A stretch of 64,000 bases of DNA from Merismopediaceae cyanobacterium (GCA_942490695.1 CALNXU010000006.1:36092-100091); one strand, 5' to 3'. Numbered from the stretch's first letter, positions 1 through 11,135 are shown. The notes: generated by a model not told the origin, from the letters alone. Program-made: numbers and translations.

Positions 1-197
1 ACGACAATGGAGCAAACGCCTTGAACCATTCACCTGCGTTGAATAATGGGTATGGACATGGACGGCATTACTGGCACAGCAGGGACAAGGATAAGCAAAG
101 AGATCCATGGGGAGACTGATTTTAGAGGACTACCCATTATTGCTCAAATCCGCATATGACATGGATTCTGACTGCCCCATCCTACGGAACCAGTGCC
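1..197 (-). mobile_element. Left end and 5' part of an IS1-like element (transposase N-terminus, runs off window)
   Basis: Manual translation from ATG at 108 (minus) gives MDLFAYPCPCCASNAVHVHTHYSTQVNGSRRLLHCR, a CxxC zinc-ribbon start resembling cyanobacterial IS1-family transposases; putative end GGCACTGGTTCCGTAGGATGGGGCAG at 197. Confidence 0.65.
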
Positions 198-731
198 TAT
201 GATTCTGCCCAGACTGAACACACTTTTTTGATTCCCAAAAATCACTAGCTGTCAAGGGGGAGTTCTGAGTTGAGAGCTGTTACAGATCACCAGCAACAAG
301 CAGAAAGAGCGGCCATCGTCGAACATAAAATTAGTCGCGATTCAGTTCATGGCTTGTCATCACGGGATGCCCCAGTTTTTAAAATCACTGCCGCTGCATC
401 GCATTTTGCTATTCTTTTTCCCGAACGTTTTACTCTCTAAGTTCTCTCTTTACACAAAATTTAGATCACTCTCAAATCACTTCTTGTACTACTCTATCTG
501 TCTTTTAATACCTAAATTATTCACTTTCTCACTCCCCCGCAAAACTTTTATCTCGCTGACGATGCGCCCTATTCTCCCCATCGTCTATCGCCAACAAACT
601 CAAACAAATAGACTTGTTTGAGTTACGTTTCTTTACATATTGACACAAGCTGATTCACTATAGCTGACCCTAGTAAGAGTCCTAATTTGTGATGCTTGCA
701 CAAGGAAAGACAATCACTCAGGCGCAGTTAG

Positions 732-746
732 ATTAACAAAACTAAT
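732..746. promoter_or_regulatory. Putative RbcR (LysR-type) binding site upstream of rbcL
   Basis: ATTAA-CAAAA-CTAAT matches the ATTA(G/A)-N5-(C/T)TAAT motif described for Synechocystis RbcR; about 245 bp upstream of rbcL. Confidence 0.65.
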
Positions 747-990
747 CAAAAACTCCACAAATTGTAATTTAAAAAACAGAAAATGGTTGCCATAGATAAA
801 AATAACGATAACCGCTGCGTGATAAGATTACCTTCAGAAAACAGCTAGTTGCTGGGTTGACGGAACTTTTTTTTGCCGAAACCAAATAACTATTTTTCAA
901 ACTGTCTTAGCAGCGACGGTGGTTTCTATTTGTCCATTTGTTCGACTGCAGGAACGCTAGGCTATCAATGTTTATGGAGGACTGACCTAG

Positions 991-2406
991 ATGGTACAAG
1001 CCAAATCAAAAGGGTTTGAGGCAGGTGTAAAGGATTATCGCCTGACTTACTACACCCCTGATTACACCCCCAAGGATACAGACTTACTTGCTTGTTTCCG
1101 GATGACCCCCCAACCGGGTGTACCCCCTGAAGAGGCTGGTGCGGCTGTCGCGGCGGAATCTTCCACCGGAACCTGGACAACGGTATGGACGGATAATTTA
1201 ACCGATCTTGATCGTTACAAAGGTCGTTGTTACGACATCGAGCCTGTTCCCAATGAAGATAATCAATATTTTTGTTTTATTGCCTATCCTTTGGATCTCT
1301 TTGAAGAAGGATCTGTCACCAACGTTCTAACCTCTTTGGTGGGTAACGTTTTCGGGTTTAAAGCACTGCGAGCACTGCGTTTAGAAGATATCCGCTTCCC
1401 CGTTGCGTTGATCAAAACCTTCCCCGGGCCCCCCCACGGGATCACCGTAGAACGAGACAAATTAAACAAGTATGGTCGTCCCCTGCTGGGTTGTACCATC
1501 AAACCCAAACTGGGTCTGTCGGCGAAAAACTACGGTCGTGCGGTCTATGAATGTCTGCGCGGTGGGTTAGATTTCACCAAAGATGATGAAAACATCAACT
1601 CCCAGCCCTTCATGCGCTGGCGGGATCGTTTCCTCTTTGTCCAAGAAGCGATCGAAAAGTCTCAGGCTGAAACCAACGAAGTGAAAGGTCACTACCTGAA
1701 CGTCACCGCTGGTACCTGTGAAGAAATGATGAAACGGGCGGAGTTTGCCAAAGAAATTGGCACCCCCATCATCATGCATGACTTTATAACGGGGGGTTTC
1801 ACCGCCAACACCACGTTATCGAAATATTGCCGGGACAACGGGTTGTTACTCCACATTCACCGGGCAATGCACGCGGTAATTGACCGTCAAAAAGCCCACG
1901 GGATTCACTTCCGTGTTCTAGCAAAATGTCTGCGTCTGTCTGGAGGGGATCACCTCCACTCCGGTACAGTGGTCGGAAAACTGGAAGGGGAACGGGGCAT
2001 CACCATGGGCTTCGTTGACCTGATGCGGGAAGACTTTGTTGAAGAAGACCGGTCTCGCGGTATTTTCTTCACCCAAGATTACGCTTCCATGGGCGGCACT
2101 ATGCCCGTTGCCTCTGGTGGGATTCACGTTTGGCACATGCCTGCTCTGGTGGAAATCTTTGGAGACGATTCCTGCTTACAGTTTGGTGGTGGGACTCTGG
2201 GTCACCCCTGGGGGAATGCACCCGGTGCAACCGCCAACCGTGTGGCATTGGAAGCTTGTATTCAAGCCCGTAACGAAGGTCGCGACCTGGCCCGTGAAGG
2301 TAACGACGTTATCCGGGAAGCCTGCCGTTGGTCTCCCGAATTGGCAGCGGCTTGTGAACTCTGGAAAGAAATCACGTTTGAGTTCGAGGCAATGGATACC
2401 CTCTAA
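991..2406 (+). CDS. rbcL: RuBisCO large subunit, form IB
   Basis: [17 protein letters not shown] catalytic motif, 471 aa, RBS GGAGG upstream. Confidence 0.99.
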   Translation: MVQAKSKGFEAGVKDYRLTYYTPDYTPKDTDLLACFRMTPQPGVPPEEAGAAVAAESSTGTWTTVWTDNLTDLDRYKGRCYDIEPVPNEDNQYFCFIAYPLDLFEEGSVTNVLTSLVGNVFGFKALRALRLEDIRFPVALIKTFPGPPHGITVERDKLNKYGRPLLGCTIKPKLGLSAKNYGRAVYECLRGGLDFTKDDENINSQPFMRWRDRFLFVQEAIEKSQAETNEVKGHYLNVTAGTCEEMMKRAEFAKEIGTPIIMHDFITGGFTANTTLSKYCRDNGLLLHIHRAMHAVIDRQKAHGIHFRVLAKCLRLSGGDHLHSGTVVGKLEGERGITMGFVDLMREDFVEEDRSRGIFFTQDYASMGGTMPVASGGIHVWHMPALVEIFGDDSCLQFGGGTLGHPWGNAPGATANRVALEACIQARNEGRDLAREGNDVIREACRWSPELAAACELWKEITFEFEAMDTL

Positions 2407-2493
2407 ATTAAGCGTTCAGTTATTGGGGAACAGTTAACCCACGATGGATCTGTTACCTGGTAACTGATAGCCGACTACTGAGGAGATCCGTCC

Positions 2494-2895
2494 ATGCAAA
2501 TTCAGCAGGTTGCTAAAGCAGCATCAAAAATGTTGCAAAGCTATCTCACCTATCAAGCGGTGCTCAAAATTCAAGGAGAACTCCGCGAGACCAACCCGAG
2601 CCAGGCAATTTGGTTAAACCAGTTTGCGGCTAGCCACAATCTTCAAAATGGGGAAGCCTTTTTAGGTGAACTCTTACAAGAAGATAAAGCGTTAGTGCTC
2701 AGGATTTTGACCGTGAGAGCGGCGATCGCCGAGTCAGTGCTAGAGTTTTTGCCCGAAATGACCCTGAGCGGTATTCATCAGGCAAACATTGAACAGCGGC
2801 GGCAACTGCTGGAGCGCCTTACCCAGACGGGAGCGGAACCAGAAATAAGTTTACCGACCTCAGAGTCAAGTGTCTCTGAGCCTCAACAAGACTAG
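2494..2895 (+). CDS. rbcX: RuBisCO assembly chaperone RbcX
   Basis: LQSYLTYQAV...ELRETNP...WL motifs; lies between rbcL and rbcS. Confidence 0.97.
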   Translation: MQIQQVAKAASKMLQSYLTYQAVLKIQGELRETNPSQAIWLNQFAASHNLQNGEAFLGELLQEDKALVLRILTVRAAIAESVLEFLPEMTLSGIHQANIEQRRQLLERLTQTGAEPEISLPTSESSVSEPQQD

Positions 2896-2946
2896 CGTGC
2901 TTGTTTTTAAATCATCCACTGTTATCCCATCAGGAATACACCATTC

Positions 2947-3288
2947 ATGAAAACGTTACCCAAAGAGCGTCGCTACGAAACCCTGTCCTATCTTCCCCCG
3001 TTAACCGATCAACAAATTGCCAAACAAATTGACTTCTTGTTGGATCAAGGATTTATTCCCGGTGTGGAATTTGAAGATGACCCCCAACCGGATACCCACT
3101 TCTGGACCATGTGGAAGCTGCCCTTCTTTGGCGGTGCTTCTGCCCAACAAATTTTGTCCGAAGTCCGGGAATGCCGTTCAGAAAACCCCAGTGCCTATAT
3201 CCGGGTGATTGGCTTTGACAACATCAAGCAGTGCCAAACGGTGAGCTTTATTGTTCATAAGCCCAACCAAAACCAAGGCCGTTACTAA
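2947..3288 (+). CDS. rbcS: RuBisCO small subunit
   Basis: [26 protein letters not shown] motifs. Confidence 0.99.
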   Translation: MKTLPKERRYETLSYLPPLTDQQIAKQIDFLLDQGFIPGVEFEDDPQPDTHFWTMWKLPFFGGASAQQILSEVRECRSENPSAYIRVIGFDNIKQCQTVSFIVHKPNQNQGRY

Positions 3289-3328
3289 GGCGGATTTGGT
3301 TAATATCTATTAGCTGATTGTATTAGAG

Positions 3329-3349
3329 ACCCGCTCCAGCGGGTTTTTT
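3329..3349 (+). terminator. Intrinsic terminator of rbcLXS
   Basis: ACCCGCT-CC-AGCGGGT hairpin followed by a T run, between convergent genes. Confidence 0.75.
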
Positions 3350-3369
3350 CGTGCTCTGAAATCACCTGA

Positions 3370-5088
3370 CTAAAACCCTAAATCCTCTCTGGCGATCGCC
3401 GCTTCCGCGGCCAGGATTTTATCGGGGGTTTCTTGCCAATCGGTACATCCAATTTCGCTATAAAACTGTTGGTCATAGGCACGGGTTCTGACCACCACCG
3501 GCATGGGAACCGCATGACCTAAAATCAGCGCCTGTTGTTTGGAATCTAGCTTTGCCAGCACAGACCGGAGGTTTTGCCCCCCCGACACCCCCGTAAAAAT
3601 AGCATCAATATCCTTGTCATCGTTCAGTAAACAGGTGATGCGTGTCCCCACCTGGGACATCACTTCATTGTCAATGCCCGACGGTCGTTGATCCACCACT
3701 AGCAGGGTGACAAAATACTTCCGCATTTCCCTGGCGATCGTGCCAAAAATGGTTTGATGCACAATGCTGGAATCTAAAAAACGGTGGGCTTCTTCGATGG
3801 TAATGACTAACTGCCGGGGGCGATCGCCCGGATTCTTCGTTTGTAAAAACTTTTCGGATTTTTTGACGTAAATACTGTGGATACGCCGCGTCAGCATATT
3901 AGTGGCTAACATATAGGACAGCAGATTAGACTGGGAGCCAAACTCGATCACCACATGTTTTCCCGCCTCTAAACACTGCAACAGCTGATCAATATAGTTG
4001 TGGGCACTGGCGGATTTAAGGTACTTCAAACTTTCTAAGCGCTTGAGTTTCCGCTGCAACGACATAATCGATCCCGCATGGCCCTGCTTTTCTTCACAAA
4101 AAATCTTAATATCCTCATTACTCATATTCAGGAGTTGGGGAATCCAACTACGGCCAAACTCGGAAGAGAGAATATTGGCATTGTCCAATGCTGCTTCCGA
4201 TAAACCCAGTTCAAACCCCACTAACCGAATATCTTCAATCTCAATCTGGTCATAACTTAAATACAACTCTTGGGCATCCCTAACCCCCCGACGCTGGGTA
4301 GACTCCGCATCTAGGGTGAAAATTTCCACTTCCCCCGGAAACAGTTGCCGTAGCCCCTTCACCGTCGAAACGGTTTTTCCTTCCCGCATCGCTTCCCACC
4401 CATATTCAGAGTGCATATCAAACATCAGATTCACCGCCGCCTGTTTACGGATAATGCCAGAAATCAACAGACGGGTGAGAAACGATTTCCCCGTTCCCGA
4501 TTTGCCAAATACACCATTGCTTCGTTCGACAAAACGGTCTAGATCCAAGCAAACTGGCACTTCCATGTCTAAGGGCTGGCCGATGGCAAAATTGCGGCGG
4601 AAGGGATCATCTTCCCAACCAAACACCATCCGAAAATCCCGTTCACTGGCTTCATACACTTGGCTGAAATGGGCCGGGATGGTTTTAACCGGCAACAACT
4701 CCACCTCGGCATTGCTATTAGCTTCGTAGGAGGCAGCACCATTGCCATTAACCTTAGGTTTGCCCTGATCACGATGGAGCATATCCTCTGCTTCCAATGG
4801 GGTAAACATCAGCATAGGCGCTAGCTCCAACGTGCCGTAGGTTCCACTCCCTGCCAGCACTGCTTGCATAAAATCGTCCTCCGGTCGGGGGGGATTCGCC
4901 AAGATGCGTGGGTTAGCTGTCCCCAAGGAAACATCTGTCAGCAGACAAAAAAACTTTGATCGCCGCCCTTGAATAACTAAAAACTTACCGACCCGCATTT
5001 CTTCCACAGAAACATCGGGATGCAGCCGTACTTCTAGCCCTTGGCTCAGGGAACCTTGGGTAATGGAACCGAGGGGATAGTCTGGCAT
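3370..5088 (-). CDS. HerA/DUF87-family ATPase with N-terminal HAS-barrel-like domain
   Basis: Walker A GKSGTGKS, FDMHSEYG, IEEAHRF, REMRKYFV..DQRPS motifs. Confidence 0.88.
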   Translation of the reverse strand: MPDYPLGSITQGSLSQGLEVRLHPDVSVEEMRVGKFLVIQGRRSKFFCLLTDVSLGTANPRILANPPRPEDDFMQAVLAGSGTYGTLELAPMLMFTPLEAEDMLHRDQGKPKVNGNGAASYEANSNAEVELLPVKTIPAHFSQVYEASERDFRMVFGWEDDPFRRNFAIGQPLDMEVPVCLDLDRFVERSNGVFGKSGTGKSFLTRLLISGIIRKQAAVNLMFDMHSEYGWEAMREGKTVSTVKGLRQLFPGEVEIFTLDAESTQRRGVRDAQELYLSYDQIEIEDIRLVGFELGLSEAALDNANILSSEFGRSWIPQLLNMSNEDIKIFCEEKQGHAGSIMSLQRKLKRLESLKYLKSASAHNYIDQLLQCLEAGKHVVIEFGSQSNLLSYMLATNMLTRRIHSIYVKKSEKFLQTKNPGDRPRQLVITIEEAHRFLDSSIVHQTIFGTIAREMRKYFVTLLVVDQRPSGIDNEVMSQVGTRITCLLNDDKDIDAIFTGVSGGQNLRSVLAKLDSKQQALILGHAVPMPVVVRTRAYDQQFYSEIGCTDWQETPDKILAAEAAIAREDLGF

Positions 5089-5096
5089 AGGGGCAA

Positions 5097-6083
5097 TTAG
5101 GCAGACTGGGATTCCGTCGATAATGTGGCGGGTTCAGACCCAGGCTGAGCCGTTTCAGGGGATTCTGCGGTTGAGGGGGAGGACTTCTTCGCTGTATCGG
5201 GGTCTAATTTTGCTTGAACCAGGGATAAACGATTGGGGGCATCCGCCATCATCTCATCATATTTTTCCACTAATTCCCCTGGATAGGCTTCTAGAATGCG
5301 GGTGGACAAGGAAATCCGATTTTTGTATTCGTCAATTTCTTGGATGTAAACCTGAATTTCTTGGCCATAGGAAAATAGCGTATTGAGGTCATCGACGCGA
5401 ATGGCGCTGACCTGACTGACATGCAGTAACCCGGTCACCCCGTCCATATCCACAAAGACACCATAGGGTTGAATTTTGACCACTTTCCCCCCACAAATAA
5501 TCCCTTGGGCAATCTTAGCCATGGCTTCCGCTTGTTGAATCCGTCGTTGACTCAGGACTAATTTGTTGGTGTCTGGATTGGCTTCCAATACCTGAGCTTT
5601 TAACGTTTTACCCACCAAAGCATCGAGGTCATCTTTCTGGGCGAGGTGCGAGCGGGGGATAAAGCCCCGGACTCCTTCCACATCTCCAGTGACCCCGCCA
5701 CGGTTGTTGCCAGAGATATAAACTTCAATGATTTTTTCCGATGCTTCGTATTCGGCCAGATTGTCCCATGCTTGCTGTAACTGTAGCTGTCGCCGTGAGA
5801 GGTTGACCTGTCCTTCTGCATTTTGCTCACTGGACACCAGAAAGTCCCACTCACTATCTAGGGGAAAACTGGTCTCCAAGTCAGAATTGGGGGGGACAAC
5901 AAGTTCCCGCAAAGGAACAAACCCGGGAGATTTACCGCCGAAATCGACATAAACGCCTTCGTTGGTGTGTTGGCAAATTTTTCCGTGAATCGTTTGACCT
6001 TTTTGGGCGACGTAGTCATGTTGATCTAATGCTTGGGCAAAGTCATCAAGGGAAAAGGCTGCACTATTGGAGTTGGAAGGCAT
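5097..6083 (-). CDS. S1 RNA-binding domain protein (ribosomal protein S1 homolog B)
   Basis: Three S1 repeats (GVYVDFG, GVRGFIPRSH, YGVFVD..GLLHVSQVS). Confidence 0.9.
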   Translation of the reverse strand: MPSNSNSAAFSLDDFAQALDQHDYVAQKGQTIHGKICQHTNEGVYVDFGGKSPGFVPLRELVVPPNSDLETSFPLDSEWDFLVSSEQNAEGQVNLSRRQLQLQQAWDNLAEYEASEKIIEVYISGNNRGGVTGDVEGVRGFIPRSHLAQKDDLDALVGKTLKAQVLEANPDTNKLVLSQRRIQQAEAMAKIAQGIICGGKVVKIQPYGVFVDMDGVTGLLHVSQVSAIRVDDLNTLFSYGQEIQVYIQEIDEYKNRISLSTRILEAYPGELVEKYDEMMADAPNRLSLVQAKLDPDTAKKSSPSTAESPETAQPGSEPATLSTESQSA

Positions 6084-6231
6084 AGGAAGGAAACTGACAA
6101 AAATCGGAGGCGAAAGTTAGTGCCCCATTTTAACAGGATTTATTGGGGCTAATGCTGATGTGTTTACCCACTGTTACGGAGACTTGCTACCCTTAAGAGC
6201 AGCCTTTTGATGAATTGTGCTTTCGCTACTG

Positions 6232-7317
6232 ATGACCCTTGCCCCTTCTTTCACTACCCAGACTTCGATTCGCTGCTGTGCTCCTAATCTGAATTATTGG
6301 TATGTTGTTGCTCAATCAGGAGAAGTGGGTACAGCGCCTTTAGCGGTGACAGTGTGGCAACAGGCGATCGCCATTTATCGGGATGAAACAGGGACTATCC
6401 GGGCGATCGAGGACCGGTGTCCCCATCGACAGGTGCGGTTGAGCGAGGGGGCCGTATCCAGGGGGAATTTAGAGTGTGCGTATCATGGCTGGCAGTTCAA
6501 TGGGGAAGGGAAATGTGTCAACATTCCCTATTTAAAAGCGGGTCAAAAATATCCCCCCTGTCAGTTGCGAGTCTTTCCGGCACGGGAGCAGGATGGTTTC
6601 ATTTGGCTGTATCCTGGTGATCTAACAGTGCTAGCCCGAGCACAACCGGAGCCGATGTCCATCCCTGAATGGACGCATTTAAACCACATTGGCAGTGTTG
6701 CCCCTTTCAACTGTCCGGGACATTTTTCCTATCTGATCGAAAATTTAATGGATATGTACCATGGGCATCTCCATGATCAGCTCCAGGCCTGGGCGTCCGC
6801 CTCACTCCGGAATATTTCCCCTCTAGGCGATCGCCTGGACGTGGAATACGATGCCCAGAGCTATTACAAAATTGATCGTATTTGGTCCGTTTCCCAGTTG
6901 TTTTTCCCGCGCCTGCGGCAACTCCATCCCGAAACGTTACGGGTCAGTTATTGCTATCCCCATTGGGTTTCAACGTTGGGCCAAGACTTCAAGATTTATT
7001 GCCTCTTCTGCCCCGTGTCCCCCACGAAAACCAAAGCCTATCTCCTCCACTTCACTTCCCTGGAAGCCTTTCCCAATTTACATAAACTACCAGTGGCATT
7101 CCGCCGATTTTTAAAACATCGATTGTCGGGCGTAGCCAGACCCCTACTCAATGGCTTAATTGACCAAGACATGCGGATGATTGCCCAGGAGCAACAGGCG
7201 TTTTCAGCCCAGCCGTCGGTGCATAATTACGAAGTCAACCCGGCCCTGTCCCAAGTCCAGCGACTGATCCGGCGACAGGATAACTCGGGGGCTGAGTCAG
7301 CCCAACCATCTCAATAG
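6232..7317 (+). CDS. Rieske (2Fe-2S) non-heme iron oxygenase family protein
   Basis: CPHR..CAYHGW Rieske motif; ENLMDMYHGHLH mononuclear Fe motif; ATG at 6232 preferred over GTG 6217. Confidence 0.9.
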   Translation: MTLAPSFTTQTSIRCCAPNLNYWYVVAQSGEVGTAPLAVTVWQQAIAIYRDETGTIRAIEDRCPHRQVRLSEGAVSRGNLECAYHGWQFNGEGKCVNIPYLKAGQKYPPCQLRVFPAREQDGFIWLYPGDLTVLARAQPEPMSIPEWTHLNHIGSVAPFNCPGHFSYLIENLMDMYHGHLHDQLQAWASASLRNISPLGDRLDVEYDAQSYYKIDRIWSVSQLFFPRLRQLHPETLRVSYCYPHWVSTLGQDFKIYCLFCPVSPTKTKAYLLHFTSLEAFPNLHKLPVAFRRFLKHRLSGVARPLLNGLIDQDMRMIAQEQQAFSAQPSVHNYEVNPALSQVQRLIRRQDNSGAESAQPSQ

Positions 7318-7340
7318 TTTTTCTTTTATCGTCCCCGGTT

Positions 7341-8006
7341 ATGACTGTTTCGCCCTTACTGATTTTGAACCAGGTGACCGTTACAGATGAGTCGGGTTTT
7401 GACACGCTGTTAGCCGCCATCGACCTTACGATTCAGCCAGGGGAACGATTGGGGATTACCGGAAAATCCGGCGCGGGCAAAAGTACGTTACTGCGGGTGC
7501 TTAATGGCCTACACTCCATCACCCGGGGAGAAATTCTATATCAAGGCAAACCCCTGACTACTTTTCCGCCGCCGCAACTCCGGCAAGAAATTATGCTGAT
7601 TCCCCAGGAACCTAAATTATTAGGGATGACAGTGAGCGATAGTCTGCGCTATCCATTGGTGCTCCAAAAACTAACCACTCCCGCCATTCAGAAACGGGTA
7701 GAAACTGCTTGTGAGCGTTGGCAAATTCCGACGGATTGGTTGGATCGCAATGAGTTACAACTCTCGGTGGGTCAACGTCAACTGGTCACGTTGGCCCGGG
7801 GGGCATTGGTGCGATCGCCTGTGTTGTTATTAGATGAACCGACGGCATCTTTGGATCCGGTAACGGCCAATAGGGTGATCGAGCAATTAATTCAACTGAA
7901 TCAGACCCAAGGCACCACGATTCTCATGGTGAACCATACGCCGGAGTATCTGGAGCAGTTTTCCCAACGTCAAATTCAGCTCATGGCTGGACAATTAGTG
8001 GCTTAG
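7341..8006 (+). CDS. ABC transporter ATP-binding protein
   Basis: GKSGAGKST, LSVGQRQ, LLLDEPT, H-loop. Confidence 0.92.
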   Translation: MTVSPLLILNQVTVTDESGFDTLLAAIDLTIQPGERLGITGKSGAGKSTLLRVLNGLHSITRGEILYQGKPLTTFPPPQLRQEIMLIPQEPKLLGMTVSDSLRYPLVLQKLTTPAIQKRVETACERWQIPTDWLDRNELQLSVGQRQLVTLARGALVRSPVLLLDEPTASLDPVTANRVIEQLIQLNQTQGTTILMVNHTPEYLEQFSQRQIQLMAGQLVA

Positions 8007-8019
8007 CCCAGCCCACGAC

Positions 8020-9011
8020 ATGTCGTCCTATCAAATCACCCTCACTGCCGCCGCTTTTCCCTTCACCCCTCCCCTTGTCACAGCCCACGGCGTTTGGCAC
8101 ACCCGCGAAAGTCTGATCCTACGGCTGACGGATGCCCAGGGACGCTGCCAGATGGGAGAAATCGCCCCGTTACCCTGGTTTGGGACAGAAACGTTAGCCG
8201 CAGCTCGAAGTTTTTGTGAAAATTTTCAGGGCCAAATTAGCCTGGCAGCTATCGATGCCATCCCTGATCGCCTCCCCTGCTGTCAGTTTGGATTCGGCAG
8301 TGCGGTCGCCAATTTTGCCCCATCGTTCACCGCTGAATCCCCGCTCCTCTGCGGTATTGCCACTTGTTACCCACCGTGGAAAAGACGTTGACCCCAATCC
8401 CCCAGAGTTTAACCACTGGCTGTACTGTGAAATGGAAAATTGCAGTACAATCGCCAGCACAAGAACAGGCTCAGTTAGTGCAACGGTTAACAACCCTTCC
8501 CCCCGGGACACGGGTGCGATTGGATGCCAATGGTGGGTTGACGTTTGGGCAAGCGGTGGCGTGGTTAACCCGGCTTGATCGCCTGAATGCAGAGCCTATT
8601 AATCAATGCCAGATTGAATTTTTAGAACAGCCCCTCCCGCCCCACCAGGTGAACGAATTAAAAGAACTCAGTCAGCAGTTTACAACGGCGATCGCCTTAG
8701 ATGAAGCCGTGTGTAGCCTCAAGCAATTACAGGCTTGGTATGACCGGGGTTGGGGGGGATTTTATATCCTGAAAGCCGCCATTATGGGGAACCCCCGCAA
8801 ACTTGACCATTGGTTAACCCAACATCCGATTCAGGCAATTTTTTCAACCGTCTTTGAAACGGCGATCGGACGGCGGACGGTCTTAGCCCTAGCACAGCGC
8901 TGGAATGCTCCGGGTTATGCGGTGGGTATGGGCAACTCGCCACTGGGGATGAACCAGCCAGTCCCTAGGGTTTCGCAGGAGTGGGAAGAACCAGAATCAG
9001 TCGATCAATGA
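8020..9011 (+). CDS. menC: o-succinylbenzoate synthase, split by an apparent 1-nt frameshift near 8340
   Basis: N-part (TAHG, GEIAPLPWFGTE) and C-part (KWK, RLDANGG, EFLEQP, ALDE) in different frames; adding one C to the CCCC run at 8339-8342 restores the frame. Confidence 0.85.
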
Positions 9012-9083
9012 AATATGCAGAGCAATTTAGTAATCTTGCTGGCTTGCTGGAAGTTCATCTGTTCCTCTTGCAGACCCCACGCA

Positions 9084-9146
9084 CTTCTGGGTACCGGTAC
9101 TGCGATCGCCTTTGGAGCCGCGTTTAAACGCAAGCAGAAAAACTAA
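9084..9146 (+). pseudogene. Orphan remnant of a cyanobacterial PEP-CTERM sorting tail
   Basis: Translates LLGTGTAIAFGAAFKRKQKN*, the TM plus basic tail that normally follows VPEP; no PEP or upstream ORF in frame. Confidence 0.55.
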
Positions 9147-9294
9147 GCAAAAATTTAACGACGAGTTTTTCAAGGATGACTTTAAAAAGGTTGTCCTTTT
9201 TTTGTTGGCAATTGGCGATCATCACAATATTGATCCCCAAGGGGAAGCGATCGCCTGCAACGATTGCCCAGTCATGATTGACGTGCCATCTCTC

Positions 9295-9909
9295 TCATGA
9301 AGCTTCGTCCCTAACCCATAACGCCAAGCCCCCACCCCTTCCCCTAGCGGCGATCGCCTGCTCATGGAGCCAGAAAAAGACGAAAAACGGTTGTTTGCCA
9401 ATGACAGTGGAGAAAAAATCGGCTTCCCGCGCTTGACCGTTTCATAGAAAACCCTGGTATAGCTGAATTGGGCCGAGGTGAATCTGTAGCCGGGTGAAAT
9501 CAAAGGCCAGCAAATTGCGGGGCATTTGCCAGCGACAGGGGCCAGACACCACGATTTGGAAGCCAGCGACTTGAACCTGGTTAATCATCATGCCGGTTTG
9601 CTCACCCTGTTCTGGGGTCGCTTCATAACGGAGGCTAATACGCAGCAGACCCGGAAGATATTGTCCTGCCCCTAGTACCTTCCCCGCCTGTTTGCGGGCT
9701 TTTTTAGTCCCAGTGACAAATTTTAAGCGCCAGGTTCCCACCAATTGACTGAAGTGATCAGCGGGGGGCGTATGGCGTGCCTGTTTTTCCAGCGCCAACA
9801 GTGAGTCAATTAGGTCAGATGCCGCCGGGGCAGCTGTGTCTCCGGTGGCATAGGCCGCAATCAATGTGTCAGGCGCATCCTTAGGGAGAGGGGGGCGGGG
9901 TGGTGCCAT
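9295..9909 (-). CDS. Conserved hypothetical (fibrillin/lipocalin-like) protein with in-frame TGA at 9442-9444
   Basis: LVGTWRLKF motif; reading through TGA continues NGQAREADFF..KQPFFVFF..AIAARGRGGGLALW to a stop at 9295. Confidence 0.7.
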
Positions 9910-10531
9910 CAGTAGAAGGTTCAACTAAGCTGGGCGGGGACGGCGGTCTCGGTTCTGGCTTGCGGACTTCGGGAATAGGTAGCACATAGAGTACGGCGGC
10001 AAAAATCCCTAAACTAATCATCCCTAGGGCTGGCGGCACCGCACGCTGTACCAAGGGCTCTTCGGGTTGACGGTAACGACGGGCAAGGGGTTCAAGGGTA
10101 ACCGCAAAATCAGGTAACGTTTGGCGATCGCCAATGAATTGATCCACGGCCTCAACCAAGTCAAACAATTGAACTGCGGTCAAATCAACGCTAACGGGCT
10201 CTGATGACTCCCCGGTCGGCGGATGCCAGATTAAGCGATGGAGTGCTTGTCCAGATAAAGGCGTAATTTCAACCCACTCCCCCTCTTCCCCTCTGGCTTC
10301 CATCGGATGGGGCAAACCACTCAGACACTGCTGGGCATAGACATTAGCGGCTTTGGCTAACGCTTCCAAAAATGCTCTTCCCCCCTCTAAGGTTTGGGGA
10401 CTACCCACAAATTGGCAACGGGCATTGAGAATAATACTGAGGGGCGCTGTCGGCGAAGGGTCGGTGCCGTCCCCCATGCCATCTAACGTCAGGGTGCAAT
10501 TCGGGAGGGGATACTGTCGTTGAATATTCAT
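9881..10531 (-). CDS. DUF4335-family protein
   Basis: IQRQYPLPNCTLTLDG start, QLFDLVEAVDQF, C-terminal TM helix and Pro-rich tail. Confidence 0.8.
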   Translation of the reverse strand: MNIQRQYPLPNCTLTLDGMGDGTDPSPTAPLSIILNARCQFVGSPQTLEGGRAFLEALAKAANVYAQQCLSGLPHPMEARGEEGEWVEITPLSGQALHRLIWHPPTGESSEPVSVDLTAVQLFDLVEAVDQFIGDRQTLPDFAVTLEPLARRYRQPEEPLVQRAVPPALGMISLGIFAAVLYVLPIPEVRKPEPRPPSPPSLVEPSTDGTTPPPSP

Positions 10532-11135
10532 GCGACCAAACCATCAAATAAACTAATCCAGAAGCGCTGCATTCCCATCGTGCCCGTACAAAATAGCAAT
10601 TGATTCAGTAATGATAAGGCCAATTCATTTAATTCCTCTTCCGATGCAAGATAACGGGCGACCTTAGCTCGGCGGGGATTCATGCGGCTGGAAAAATGGG
10701 AGCGGAATTGGTCCAAATAACAGGACAGAACATAATTGGTTGGTGCCGGGGTTGCTTCGCCCGCATCTGCTGCTCTGCTAACAGCAGTTTTCTAATGTCC
10801 ACCGTCAGCGGCTTGGCTTGGTAATGGGCGATCGCCACCAGCGCTTTAGCCTGTTCCAGGCTGAGGGGAGTGCGATGATAGGAACGTCGCCAAGGATTCG
10901 TACACCGGAGTCGCCACAGGATCAGAGCATTGGGCACAACCCTCTGGAGTCCCAACTGCTCGGCCGTGTCCAGCATTTTATCCGCCGCCCCTACCTGCAG
11001 CGCTTCAATGACCAATAGCATTAAATCTATCTGCTGTTGCACATGGTTAGAACAACGTTGGCTAGACAGGGGGTAATCGGGTAATAGGCTGAGAATTGGA
11101 GCGGAATCTGGCACGACCGCTGCAGCATCAGACAT
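10528..11135 (-). CDS. DUF3038-family protein, split by apparent frameshift near 10750
   Basis: IDLMLLVIEAL, LWRLRCTNPWRRS in ORF 10680-11186; FRSHF..RMNPRR, LLFCTGTMGMQRFWISLFDG in ORF 10528-10716. Confidence 0.8.

Noticed and set aside
349-621. 90-aa ORF upstream of rbcL
   Set aside because: Pyrimidine-rich promoter region, no motifs; probably spurious
3370-5088. HerA as a possible defence ATPase
   Set aside because: No SIR2 or nuclease partner; housekeeping context beside the S1 protein gene
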